Source: Psammoneis japonica
Lineage: Eukaryota
DNA: 64,000 nt
NCBI GenBank assembly: GCA_008632985.1
Contig: QPGO01000281.1
Span: forward strand, 1 to 64,000
Direction: 5' to 3'
The position numbers and the translations under genes are program-made. Each line of letters opens with the position of its first letter. The stretch's first letter is position 1. The notes beneath the pieces were generated by a model. The model did not search any database. It was not told the origin of the DNA and worked only from the letters and a program-made list of their open reading frames with translations. Positions 52,030 through 64,000 of this stretch are shown piece by piece.

Positions 52030-53019
52030 GGCCAACCCTAACCGAGCGAAAAAAGAAAATGAAAAAGACGAAATAGCTCGAAAAGCTCGAACTTACCCGG
52101 ATTTTCACCCTCGACTCTTTTTCAACTCGGCCGAAACGAAAAAAGAGTCCGACTCTTTTTTCACAAACCCGGAAGCGTGAAAAAAGAGAAAAGAGTGATG
52201 TGGGCCGGATGCTGTCATACGTTTCGTACATGCGTCTTGCTTTACGTAGGACACCAGTAAAGTAAACCAAAGTTTCAAGTTCGCCTCACGCACCCCACAT
52301 CATCAAGTCGCCATGGCGGTCTGTGATTGTTTTTGACGACTTCTTTCAACGTCACGACTATATAAGTAACACCAATCGATAATGTGAAGTAGACATGATA
52401 TGTATCTTGAAGGAACTGGTGAAGTGTACTGCAGTTCTTCTACAATAGACCTGTACTGCAGTTCTTCTACAACAGACCTTTTGTCTTCAAATGATTTTGC
52501 CTGTCTTGATGTGCATCATAGAAAGTCGACACATAAGGTCACTAAAGTAGATCTGTATGACACATAAACAACCTTACTGACTAATTCATATACGACTTAT
52601 TCGACGGTGCTATTCTTATGTTGTTTGCTTTTAGATTAGGGGCTCGAAACGGCACGAGAAGTGTACAAAAACTTTCCACTTGACAACCACTTAAGTCACC
52701 CATAAGCCTGTTGTATTTTCACTGAACAAAAAAGGAAATAGCACCCACAGACTAAGAAAAATATGGCGGTTCTAATGGTGTTATTCTTATTGTCATATTG
52801 TAGAACTTCGATGCCGTTATGGGCCGTCATCTTCATTGTCGTGTGAGGCCTGAGGCCTCTCGCTTTTCTTATCAGATCAGCAATGCCCAAGACACCCGGA
52901 TATTTAGGGGCCCTAACTTTTTAATTTTCACGCCGGTTAGGTCACCAAAACGACAAAACGAAAAAAGAGATGAGGTTGGCTCTTTTTCATTTTCTTTTTT
53001 CGCTCGGCTAGGGTTGGCC
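52030..53019. mobile_element. 990-bp PIF/Harbinger-type non-autonomous element with normal TpA content
   Basis: ~39-bp TIR ggccaaccctaaccgagcgaaaaaagaaaatgaaaaaga and its reverse complement ending at 53019. TSD TAA (52027-29, 53020-22). Confidence 0.9.
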
Positions 53020-53022
53020 TAA

Positions 53023-53459
53023 AGTCTACAACCCTAATGAATGATGAGAGTCAGATAATCCAGATGGTTAGTTTTGATACGTCTGGCGCGGAACCGTTGG
53101 ATCTCAAGGATGCGTTTGGAAAATTTCAGATTGAAGGTTGTGCTGATCAGATGAACAGCTTTAACCGGCTATGTCTCGCCCCTGTTAATTCCATTTATTC
53201 CGTGTCAAATATTGGTGACGAAAATGTCACATTCACTGCTGAAGGTTCTGATTCGTTCGGTCGAGTTACTCTTGAAGGCGTAAGTCTTGAACAGGGTGAG
53301 ACCGTCGGTTTTTTTGGCTTTGGCGGCTTTCTCGATCTTTGTATTGAAGGCATTGCTTGCTATACAAGCAATTTGACTGCCAGGGCTGAATCTGATGAAA
53401 ATGGAGGCCTGTGTGAAGATATGGCGATGGATGAGCTTTGTTATGATGTGAGGATTTGA
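53023..53459 (+). pseudogene. Gene A copy 2, 3' part (TpA retained)
   Basis: Closely matches 430-862. Tyr codons are intact. Confidence 0.88.
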
Positions 53460-55008
53460 TTGGCGGCGCCCAAAGAATCTCCCCCGTATGTTGTGTTTCG
53501 AGACATACTGTAAATTTGTCGTTTTGTACTTACTACAGTAGGGCTTCTTCAAGACTTGTCGTTTTGCTTTGCGATAGCTACAGTAGATACCTACAACGAG
53601 TCATAGCCATCGAGAGATGAGTTTGTTATATCCGAGAGGGTCGAGGGATATTCTTTAGGCTACTTTGCGGAGTGCGGGCATGACTTGCCAGAGTGGGTCG
53701 GATACGTGGACTATTTTCTAGCGCCGTTTTCATCATGCTAGCTGATGAAGCGAGTCATTTAGAGTTCAACCAGCGACAATTCTGTCATTGTCATGCGAGA
53801 AGGGAGGCAATGGCCGGCACAACATGGACAACTGGAGCAATCGAGTCTTCATTATAATTCGCTGATTCCGCCATTGTTCGTCTTGCGCTTCTTCATTTCA
53901 GGCGCGCTTTCGTCGTCATCGACGGGGCTGCCTGTGCAAGGCGATTTGGATTCCCTGCGCTTGTCCTTGATGCGTTCGTCGTTGCTCCCATTTGCCGCAG
54001 CTGCCTTGAAATCGTTTTGGCTCTCCTGCTTTCCTTGACGTCGTTGTAGCTCTGCATGTGTTTCTTCATCCTGCCTTTTCCTTCCTTTCGTAGCTCTTTT
54101 GGTTCTTGTTCGCCTTGTCCTCGCCTTCTTGAACTCGTCACGGTTTGCGCCTGCCTTCCAGACCAAGTCGTATGCTCCTCCCTGTTGTCTTTTTGGGACA
54201 GTTGATATAATGAGAACATTCGTCTCTAGTTTCGATACACGGTATAGTACGGGCCCCAGATTTGAGATTGATGAACTCGTACGTAATCACTTTTCATGCT
54301 ATTAAAGCATTCGCTGCTTGTAACGCTGTGCTGCTTAATTCGATTCTTCATTCTTCAGCTACCAATCGCCACATTTCACTGGGTCATGCCATGCGTATAA
54401 CTGCATCAAAACAAGAATGAAATATTTGGAATACTCTTAGTCTTCTCCAAGAGTCGTGAATTTGCCTGAGACGCTTTGTTCGAAAAGAAGAAACATGATG
54501 TGAGATGCGGCCGTGTCATTGACAACAACAGACGGATTGTATCAGGGATACAACAACTGGATCCCACATCCTCTGTCTCTTGCGATTCGGCTTATCCTGA
54601 CATTCTGCCGCGGCAACAGATTCAACATCCTCATTGCTACTTCGTTCGTCGGCACTGAGCTGTCAGCTCGAGCCATGACGTCAAAGCTTTCGACCCTAGT
54701 TGCCATTGTCGTCACGCGGTATTTAATGGTCATATACTTTCGTCGATGTGATTTGGCTCACCACGCCCCCCTACTAAGCCTCATGGTGCCTTCCTATGGC
54801 AGAAAACACGCCTCACAAATCCAAATAACAGAAAGCGGGTTCCACTCGAGCACCTATGAAACATTGTAACTTCTGGACCGGATGAATGGGGGCAGACGAT
54901 GAAATGAATGTGTACTTGAGAGTGCGATATAAAGCTACAAACTATATGAATCTCGGATGTGCATGTACAATTGTGTCTCCCACCTTTCGCCTCCGCTACC
55001 ACGCGAAG

Positions 55009-56218
55009 CTAATGGCATGCAATGAACATGTACCCAATCATAAGGATGTGTACAGCATAAACACCCAAGAAGAGCCCCCCTCGTTCAGGATTGCCAAGCG
55101 AATTATCTTCCGGACGCAACGGCAAACTGGTAGGAGGTTCTTGTGGAGGCGAGCTTTGTCCTTGTTGGGTGCTTGGACTAACTGTTGCGGGAGACCCAGT
55201 TATTTGCGTTGGGCCCATGGTTGTCGGTGGGACCGTGGATGGGTTTGTCAAAGGTGGGGTTGGAATTGCCGTTGGTCGTTGGCACAGTGGGTGAGTTTGT
55301 CGTTGGTTCGGTAGGAGATGTGGTTGTCGGTGGGACCGTGGTTGGATTGATCGGCTTTTCCGTGGTAAGAGGGGGGTCCGTTGCGGCGGCACAACCTTCG
55401 GAACACCAACGATCTCTTGTGCCCTCCGGGTCTTCATTGAAGAGCCTCTGAAACACACCACTTGTACCGCCGTTGCACTCGATGGAACTGGGAAAATCAC
55501 AACCCGACCCCGTGATCGCACATATTTGCCTTTTCCCGTTCATTGAATTCATCTCGTCAAAGACAAGGTCATTATAGGGTCCACAAAAATCCTCGCAGAC
55601 TATTTTGCTGCAGCGGCCTGGCAGATCTGGGCGATTTGCGTCGCACCGGTAACTCTCGCTCTCACAAGACCGCCTAAATGGGGTCGTCGTTATCGGCGTC
55701 AGAGTGGGTCGAGGAGTCAATGCAGGCGGCCGTGTCGACGTCGGAGTGGGTCGAGGAGTCGATTCAGGCGGTCGTGTCACCGGTGGCAGGCCGGTACCGG
55801 CACCACACGCAACACAGACCGTTGAACGGACTTCTTCTGGGTGATTATTCATAGTTTCTTGGAACTGCGTCATGGTGGGACAATTGACGTCTTCATGCCA
55901 TCCACAATTTCGGATGGCGCACTTGTATACGAATCCTAAATACATGCCGTAGAACTGTGCAGTGTACTCGAGCGTTTTTCCTTGTCCACAGAAATCTGTG
56001 CAGATGTAGCACTCGGACATTGCAAAAGCCTTAGGACAGTCCAATCCGGAACGAAATTCGCAATAGTCGCTAACCGACAATTTGCGACTCGTTGTGGTGT
56101 TGGTGCGATTTCTCGCCCCGCGTACGAGTAGTGTTTCTTGGCCATTGGTGTTGGAAGGCCATCCAAACACAACTTGCTTTAGGATAAAGGGAAGCAGAGT
56201 TACCGAAAGCTTGAGCAT
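55009..56218 (-). CDS. Gene B copy 2, with an apparent 2-bp frameshift at ~55272
   Basis: ORF 55178..56218 plus the C-terminus in 55009..55521 reconstitute a paralogue of 2220..3392. ccgttttggtc in B1 reads ccgttggtc here. Confidence 0.8.
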
Positions 56219-56689
56219 GTGCGCACCTTATTCTTGCTGCCGCGAAAAACTGCGAGGTTCACTTTTTATGACCAGTGCTTTTAAGCCTGGATGTGGGCTC
56301 ACTGGGGTGTTGCATTCGTCGATCGGTGCATTTTGTGAGTCCTTCAAAAACACACACGAAAAAAACTCGCGATTTCATTCCTGGATGTGTCACGAATTCG
56401 AATGTCGATTCTCGTTTTTGTTTTTGGTCTCAACCATCGTTTGCGCCATGCGTATCGTGGATTCTTCTCAAATCTTTGACAAGGAACGAAGGATGAACTA
56501 AGCAAAACGGAGAACGCCATTGTCACTTCATGCAGCCGCTGCTTTGTGTTTCTTTTTTCTTTTTTGTCAAAAAAGTGCAAGACGAAAGACGAGTCACGAT
56601 TGCATGACGTCCCCAACGATGACGAGTTTCTACTTACAATTGCTCCTACGTAACAGCTCCATACAAAACATTGTATCCAAGACTCTAAG

Positions 56690-59600
56690 TGTTCTTTGGT
56701 GGCGGTTTCTGTCTCAATCACTGTGTGCACTTTTGGGTCCTTTCTCTCCACTGGAGCAGCAGCAGAGAGAGAGAGCAGAGAGAGCAGCAGCCTCCAGAGC
56801 TGCTGCTCTGGAGCCACCGCAGGCAGCATGGAAGCACAAGAAGAAAGCGTTCATCATGGGCTCTTGTTGAGTCTTTGACAAGCAACAAAGGACAAGCAAA
56901 ACAGAGAACACCGTTGTCACTTCATGCCACCACTGCTTTGTGTTTTTTTGTAAAAAAATGCAAGTGAAGCAACAAAGATGAGCCCTCAATTGTGCCACGT
57001 GCGCCTGACATGCTGAGTTTCTGCTGCTTGCACTCCTGCTCCTGCGTGCTGACAGCTCCGTGCAAAAATTTGGTGCCAAGACTCCAAGCGAACATTGGCG
57101 GCATTTTCTGCCTCAACTGCTGTGCATTGCAAACATCTTGGTCTGAGATTGTGCAATCAAAGGAGAAGAAAATGGAGAGGGGGTGGCCACCACAGGGGCA
57201 TGATGGAGTCACAAACTGAGATGAAGAAAATGAAGAAGAGCACATGGCCAGCACAAGTCAATGGCAGCAGCCTTGGCCCCAAGCCCCCACACATGTGCCT
57301 TGTCCTTGCAATGGCGCCATGAGCACTCAAGAGTTGCAGAACACTCTCCAGCCAGGCAGCTGCCTCCCAGACCCTCCACCCAGCAGTGTCAGCTGATTGC
57401 AAAGTTTTCTCTGCAGCAATCAGACCACAGTCAGCCGATTGCATCCCTGCAGAGCAGCAATTGGTTGGCTGCATTTGTGCAGCAATTGTGTGGTCTGATG
57501 AACTGACTGCTGCCATTTCACTGATTTCAGCTGGAAAAAGAGCTTGAATTTTGATTGCGGTCGATTGCAACAGTCGATTGTGAATGTGACCTCCTGGGCT
57601 CTTTCCCAACAATCAGGTCATTGCAGTCAAGTTTGCAGCAGTGATTGCAGTCAAAGTGAGGCTGAATGCAATTGATCCTGGCAACTGGTTGACACTGCCC
57701 TCCAGGCCATGTCAACTTTTGTCTGAACAACCTTGCGGAACAGCGCAACAAGCAAAATGGGCAAGCAACCCATGGGGGCTCATTGCAGCCAGAAGCAACA
57801 CACTCTTCATTTTCAGATTTAACATTTGTGCCTTTGAAATCAATCCAGAGCAGATGAAGCAAGCTGGAAGCTCAATTTGTCAAATTTTGTCATCCTGCAG
57901 GATGGTGGCAACAATGTGATTTTGTCAACAACATTGTTTGGCTGCATTTTTTGTCATGCACCAAGAATTTTGCAGACAAACTTTGTTCTGCACTTTCACT
58001 CCAACAATCCAACTCTCTCCAAATTGACAATGTGAAAGTGGAGCCATTGCAATCACTTCAAAAATGTCCTCTCAAAAGATCCCTTGGATCCAAGTCATTG
58101 CTCTGTGCAGCAAAATCCAGGACTCATGTTCTTTGCTTTGTTGAAGACTGCTGAAACAGCAGCTCCCTCTCCATCTTGCTCTCAGTCAACATGAAACCAA
58201 CCTCCTGCACCAGCAATGTCTCACACCACCACAAATCGAGACAACTGATCTTCACACCACCACACCAGCTTTGGCTCAGTGGGTGCCAAAAATCTGGCAA
58301 ATGGTGGGATGATGCATCATCTGCATGCAACATGGCATCACAAATGGGTGCAACGGCATGCTTGCACAAAACTCATCTGGATTCTGTTCTCTGATGGTCT
58401 GTTTGTGAACCCAAAAAAAAGTGTGACAAACCTGCTGCAGCAATGGGGCTGGACAAAACAATGATTGTTTGGATGCCTCATCTGCAGCGTCAATGTCATC
58501 ATTGGCTCCAGTGGGCTTTTGACAAGTTCTCCATGTTGTCACCACCATGATGGTCTGTGCACTCAGTTGGAGCATGCCTGCCATGCCATTTCGAAGTTGC
58601 TTGAGGCCTGGGTCTCACAGCTGCATCAACCTCAGAGTCAACACACCTTGCACTTTGTTTTCCTCCTCTTTGGAGCACACTGAGCAAAATCCTCTTGCAG
58701 GAGGCCCTGTTGTCTGTGCTCAGGAGCTGCACATGCATCCCCTCAAATCGTCCTCAAGCAAGAACATGGAGGAAGTGCCAGCACACTGTGTTGTGCCATT
58801 TGGCATCATCAGCAGACCCACCAGGCCCACACATGACAGCTCAGCACACAACAAAAGTGACAGTGCCGCCATTGTTGTGTCAGCTGCAACTTTGGATTTT
58901 TCAAGAGCTGCTGCAAAGCCAGCCTTGAAAGTGCTGAGGCCACTCTTCACATTTTGTCCATCAAAACAGCACATTGTGGAAACTGACCAGCTGCCTTTTT
59001 CCCAAGTCAGAGGAGCTCATTGGCTGCAACACAACAAAGAAAGCTGACAATCTCTCCTCCACTTTCATGCTGCCTCCTGCTCCAATGTTGGAAAACAGCT
59101 GAAAACCACTCACAGTGTGTTTGGGTTCAATGAGCTTGGGAATTTTTGTTGGCCATGGCACATGCTGTGTGTTTTGCAGACAGAGCAAAGCATCTGTGAG
59201 AACTTGTCAAAAGTTGCAATTTTGACAGCAAGACAAAACAACCAAGGTGGGTCAAGGCAGCAGCTGTCTTGTTCAAGCTGCTGCGGTGCTGTGTGGCAGC
59301 AGTCTAAATGACATGCTCTGCCTTCAAAACACATTTCTCACTTCTCCAGCTGCCTCAGAGGCAACAAAGCTGAAAGCATCTCTCAAAGAGAAAAACATGA
59401 GCTCTTTGTTGTGTCACCCATGTGCCAAAATCTGGCAGAAATGGACAACCACAGGTGGCCTCCACACTTCAACTTTTTAGCTCATTTTGGCTCAGTCAAT
59501 GGTTTCACAGTCTGCTGCTGCACACCATCATCATGACTCAACATCTGTCATCTGAGCAGCACAATCTGTGCTCCAATTGCTTGTGCTGCTTTCTTGGCAC

Positions 59601-60416
59601 ATCAGCGAAGACACAAAAAACCTTTTTCTTGTTTTCTCCTTTTCATTTTTGCTGCACTCACTTTTAGATGGCAGCCCTTTTTGTCCCCAAGATTTGGTGC
59701 TCCACATGTTTTCCTGTCACATTTTTTGTTGAAGCAGATCAAGTGCTGGCACTTGTTGCAGGAATCAGCTGCTCCCCATTTTCTCAGTCATTTTGTGCTT
59801 TTTTGCATGAGTGGCATGTTCTTTTGCTTTCCAAAGGGCTGGCCCAAGAACCTTTCTTGCTTGCCTTGTAACTGCCCTGACAGCAGCTCTTTTTCAAGGC
59901 TTTTGACTGCTCTTGGAACAACACCGCAGCAGATTGCAGCCAGACATGGAAAAATCAGGGGCAACGTGTTCTCTGATTCTCACAGAACAATCTCTACAGT
60001 GTCAGCCAGATGGCTTGTGTGGAAACCATGCTGATGCCACCAAGGATCAAAATGTGGGGTGAGCAACAAATCTCAGTTCTCCTGTGACACACAGAACAAG
60101 TGCGTGAAGGCATCAGAAGCCACACACACACCAGAAAAGGCTTGGACTTCAACAACATTGGAACACTTCTCACCTGGCAGCTCTGCAGCATGGAGGGACT
60201 CTGCACATGTCTGTTTGTGAGGGCCATCTGGTGGAGCAGCTGTGCACTGGCTTTGGGAGAAAAGCACCATGGCTGCAACCACCAATGCCTCCAGACAGTT
60301 GATGCCCTGGCTTCTGCATGAGCCACAGCAACACTTGCCACATGACTGAAAAACATTGCAGCTTTGTGTTGCACTTGATGGCCAACCTTGAACACACTTT
60401 TTCCTGGCAGCAAACT
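56690..60416. other. TpA- and CpG-depleted domain 2 (spacer X2)
   Basis: Very few TA or CG. Homologous to X1 segments ~3950-4150 and 22378-23129. Confidence 0.9.
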
Positions 60417-61436
60417 TGTGGACCGTTGTGTAGACCAGTGCTACGATGCCTCTACGACGATTGAAGTTCAAGACACACGTGGCGTAGTCAAGAATGACAA
60501 GGACGACGACAATTTCTGCGTCGTGTTCGACCCATATATAGCATTACGGTAAGTGCCGAGATATTTACTCTGCAGTTTTCGTCGATATCCAACGTCAGGC
60601 GTGGCCAACACGGTGGGTTTCATTCTTTCTTCTTGTTTTTGACAGGCATCCATTGAATTCGGTTGTTTCACTGCTTCTGACGGCATTCATACACCGTACC
60701 GTGCGACCAACTCGTCCCCCCGGATAGCGGAAGCTGTGCTACTTCAAGTCCTAACTGCATTAGCTCGTTGACGCTTTCAGTCCAGGAAATTTCTTGCGAA
60801 GAAAGCGAAAGCCAAAACAACCAAGTCAACGAAACATGCAATGACTTCGCTGACGTGGAACTCGAGGGTAAACTTATCCAGGTCACATGTGGTGATTCGC
60901 AGGCCGAACTTGAAAGAAGAACGGTCTATCGTAACCAGCCGTTCAAAGTTGGAACTGGAGATGACTGTCTACCAGACGACATCCAGTGTAAAATCTACGA
61001 CTATAATGATCAGAGCCAGATAGTCCAGATGGTCACTTTTGATACGTCATGCGCGGAACCGTTGAATGTCAAGAACACTTTTGGAATGTTGCAGATTGAG
61101 GGTTGTGCTGATCAGTGGGAAAACTTCAATCGGCAATGTCGCCCCTTTGTTGATACCACTTATTCAGTGTCAAACGTTGGTGATGAGGTTTTCACTCTCA
61201 CTGAAGCTTATGATTCGATTTATGACTTTGATTTTCTACATGGGGAACCACAAACTGTGCCACCGAGTGAGCCCAAACCTTTAGTATTAGCTGTCCACCA
61301 GGACGCTTTCGATTTGTGTGTTCAGGGCATTGCTTGCTACAACAGCACTTCGACTGTCAAGGCTGAATCTAATGAAAATGGAGCCCCGTGTGAAGCTATG
61401 GCGATGGAAAGTTTTTGTTATCCAGGGATTTTTTGA
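60417..61436 (+). pseudogene. Gene A copy 3, 5'-truncated, intron 60549-60645, frame disruptions near 60535 and 60695
   Basis: GTAAGT…gacAG intron matching the partial intron at 1-82. ORF 60768..61436 is paralogous to A1. Starts abruptly mid-exon at the junction with X2. Confidence 0.8.
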
Positions 61437-61957
61437 TTGGCGGCGACCAAAGAATCTTCCCCTGTGTGTTGTGTTTCGAGATGCGCTGTAACTTTACCGT
61501 TTTGTACCGTGGCACTTCTCCAAGACTTCTCGTTTTGCGTTGAGATAGGCATATACCGTAGCTCTTGTTTGTCACTTTGCATCGAGAAAGATAGGAATAC
61601 ATGCCGTGGCTCTTGTCTTACTGTACCGTACTCGTATCATAGGGCCCGGAAGCTAGCTCTAGCTACGGCCGTGATCGTTTATGAGAGTCGCACCACCGCT
61701 AGAGTAGAGGGCCGTACTGCTCTAGTAGAGACACGTCTCTACTCGAACTCTATGCACTTCACAACCAACAAACTTTCGGTGCCAATGACAAAAATACAAA
61801 ATAAAGGCTGCTCGAAGAACTTAATTCATGTTATTAAAGTTTCGACAAACGCTTAAGATAATTTCGCTTCACAATCACAAATGGCACACAAAAAACAAAC
61901 TCCATACTACCAGGGAGCTGCACCACACTACACACACAAAGAACCAAATGATTAGCC

Positions 61958-64000
61958 TCAAACACTCTTGTCGCCAGTGCTTGCTGCTTCATCGTCGGCT
62001 GGTTTCTTTACGGAATCTCCCTTGAGTTCCCCACCCGCTTCGGCATGTCGCAGAGCGGACAAACTTCTCGCAATCGCCCAATCGGCAGCATCACTCGCGC
62101 CAGCTTCCTCGGTTGATCCTTCTGCCTTGCTCTGTTCTGCAATCTGCATCCAAACTTCCGCTTGAGCCAGTGCATCCTGTTCCTCCTTTAATGCCTTGGC
62201 CTTTTTGGCCTTGGACGATCCAGAACTGGCATCGTCGCTCTTGCCGGCTGAAGTATCCGATTTCTTCCTTCCAAACCAGCTTCTTCGTTTGCTTCCGCCA
62301 CTACCGCTGCCACTACCAGTACCCGTGCTCTTGCCATCATCCCGGCTCGTATCGGGACTACTGCTAGACATGCTCTTGCCTTCTCTGTCTGTCTTGGAAA
62401 AGTTACCCGCCGCAGCCATGACTCCCGTCCAGTCACCCTTGTCAATCAACGCGTCAAGCTCTGCCGCACGCTCGGCATTGACACCGGTCCTTTTCTTTCG
62501 GCTGCTCGCGTCGGTATCCAACGAGGCTGAAAAGGACCGCGACGACGCTGTCGTGACACTCGCGTCACTCATCATGGCAGCTGCTTCTCCGACAGCCTCC
62601 CAGTCACCAGCATCAATTGCCTCCTCGAGCGCTGTTCTCCTGCGCTTTCGCTCCGTCTCGGACGTGTCGCCTTCGTCCTCTGACTTGAGAGCCGGTGCAG
62701 CCTTTGCTTTATCGTCCTTATCATCCTTTTTGCTCTTGGCCGCTACAGCGGCTCCGGCCGCACCAAGCGCTGCTCCACCAACTGCCGCACCAGCAGCAAT
62801 ACCAGCCACGGCTCCTCCCGACAATCCTCCGTCACCACCGCCTCCAGCCGCCGCTGCAGCGGCGGCAGCATCACCCTGCCTCGCTTTACGAACCTCATCG
62901 CGAGCCTGAATCTTGGCACTCTTGCGGTCCGCCGCCCTTGCACGCTGGGCAATGCTGCGTTCCTGCATGGTCCTCAAGGTCTCCACCAATTCCTCTTCGC
63001 GTCCACGGAATTGCAACATCATTTCATCCACATTGTCAATCTCGTCCGGCACGACACGACGCACCAGGGCCTCGACTTCGTTACGAATCTCGGCACGCTT
63101 TGCCTGCTTGCTCGGACTGTCACTGAGACTGGTCGTTTCGCCCTGCGAGTATCCCGAGGACGTACCATAACTGCCACTTCCCGTACCCGTATACGAACCC
63201 GTATAATACTCGGACGATCCCGCCGTTCCACTGCGCGTCGCCGATCCCGACTGCGACCCGGAATTCTTACTTCCGGTTTCCGATTTGGACGTGGACGACT
63301 CTCCTTCCGACTTTTCAAACCTCGCTGCCGCCAAAACGACACCCTCCCAATCTCCGGCATCCACCAAATGATCCAATTCGGCCGCACGCGCCGCGTCAAT
63401 GGACGAGACGGAGGATCCACCCTGGAAGCGGACGTGCCCGATTTGCGGCTCTTGGAGGAATGGGATTGCGAATCCGACGCGGCCGCCAAGAGGCCGCCGT
63501 GGCACCCACCGCGGCCCAATCACCGGAATCAATGGCACTGTCCAAATCGGCACGCGTCACCGTGGGAAGGTCCGGCACATCGCCGCTTTCAATCTTATTG
63601 GCGGATCGTGCACTCGCCACTCCCATGGCGGCCAAACTCGCTCCACGCTGTGCCTCGTCCTGTTCGGAATTGAGACTGGAGACACCGGCCGACGAGGACC
63701 ATCCACTCGAACCAGCATTCGAGGAGGAATCGTCTGATTTCTTTGCTGCCGACGCGACCGCCAATTCGGTATCAGTATCACGTTTGTTTCCCTTGCCATA
63801 CGTCGCCGTTCCGGCACCCAACACCGCCGCCTTGTCTTCTGTCGAGGGCATGTACGGACGATTATCGTCCTTGTCTTGAGCACGTTTACGACGAAACACA
63901 AAGTACCCCACACCGGCAATGGTAACCACCGAGGCAGCAATGACGATTCCGGCAATGCCTCCACCGGAAATGCCACTGTCGGGTGCTGGTGCCGGAGTCG
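61958..64000 (-). CDS. Single-pass membrane protein with repeated L..(A/L)(I/V)D.GDW..V…AA motifs; 5' end outside the window; two 1-bp frameshifts
   Basis: TM segment GIAGIVIAASVVTIAGVGYFVF followed by RRKR, four GDW repeats, and EVEALVRRVVPDEIDNVDEMMLQFRGREEELVETLRTMQER. Pieces lie in ORFs 63396..63929, 63019..63519 and 61958..63553. Confidence 0.85.

Larger units (their letters stand above)
53023..56730. repeat. Segmental duplicate of ~430-3990
   Basis: Colinear match covering the gene A 3' end, intergenic region, gene B and its upstream region. Confidence 0.95.

Noticed and set aside
4072..60413. Most listed ORFs as real Cys/His-rich (zinc-finger-like) genes
   Set aside because: Explained by stop-codon loss and Tyr->Cys/His conversion; only ORFs with motif or paralogue support were kept.
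62196..63879. Plus-strand ORFs overlapping the terminal gene
   Set aside because: Antisense shadows of a GC-rich coding sequence.

Overview
Eukaryotic genomic DNA, probably a diatom (inferred from short GT-AG introns, Cys-rich secreted gene families, a GDW-repeat membrane protein and Plavaka-type transposons). The backbone is a tandem array: gene A (Cys-rich extracellular protein) + gene B (Cys-rich, mucin-stalk surface protein) + a degenerate spacer, ordered A1-B1-X1 ... A2-B2-X2-A3, then an unrelated membrane-protein gene. The array is heavily invaded by nested transposons: two related large Plavaka-like elements, a 9.9-kb CACTA-like element, a Ty3/Gypsy LTR element and several MITEs. Four insertions fall within about 80 bp of one exon of A2. 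The main signal is two bounded domains (~3945-52015 and ~56690-60416) that have lost almost all TpA dinucleotides through TA->TG/CA change (A->G on either strand). Direction is supported by conserved Tyr becoming Cys/His, and by comparing LTRs, TIRs, TSDs, tandem repeats and paralogues. This is the reverse of fungal RIP, looks position-dependent rather than homology-dependent, and is a candidate undescribed transposon-domain hypermutation system. The alternative is a TpA base modification miscalled in long reads. Most ORFs in the supplied track inside these domains are by-products of lost TAA/TAG stops. All comparisons were made by eye, with no database searches.
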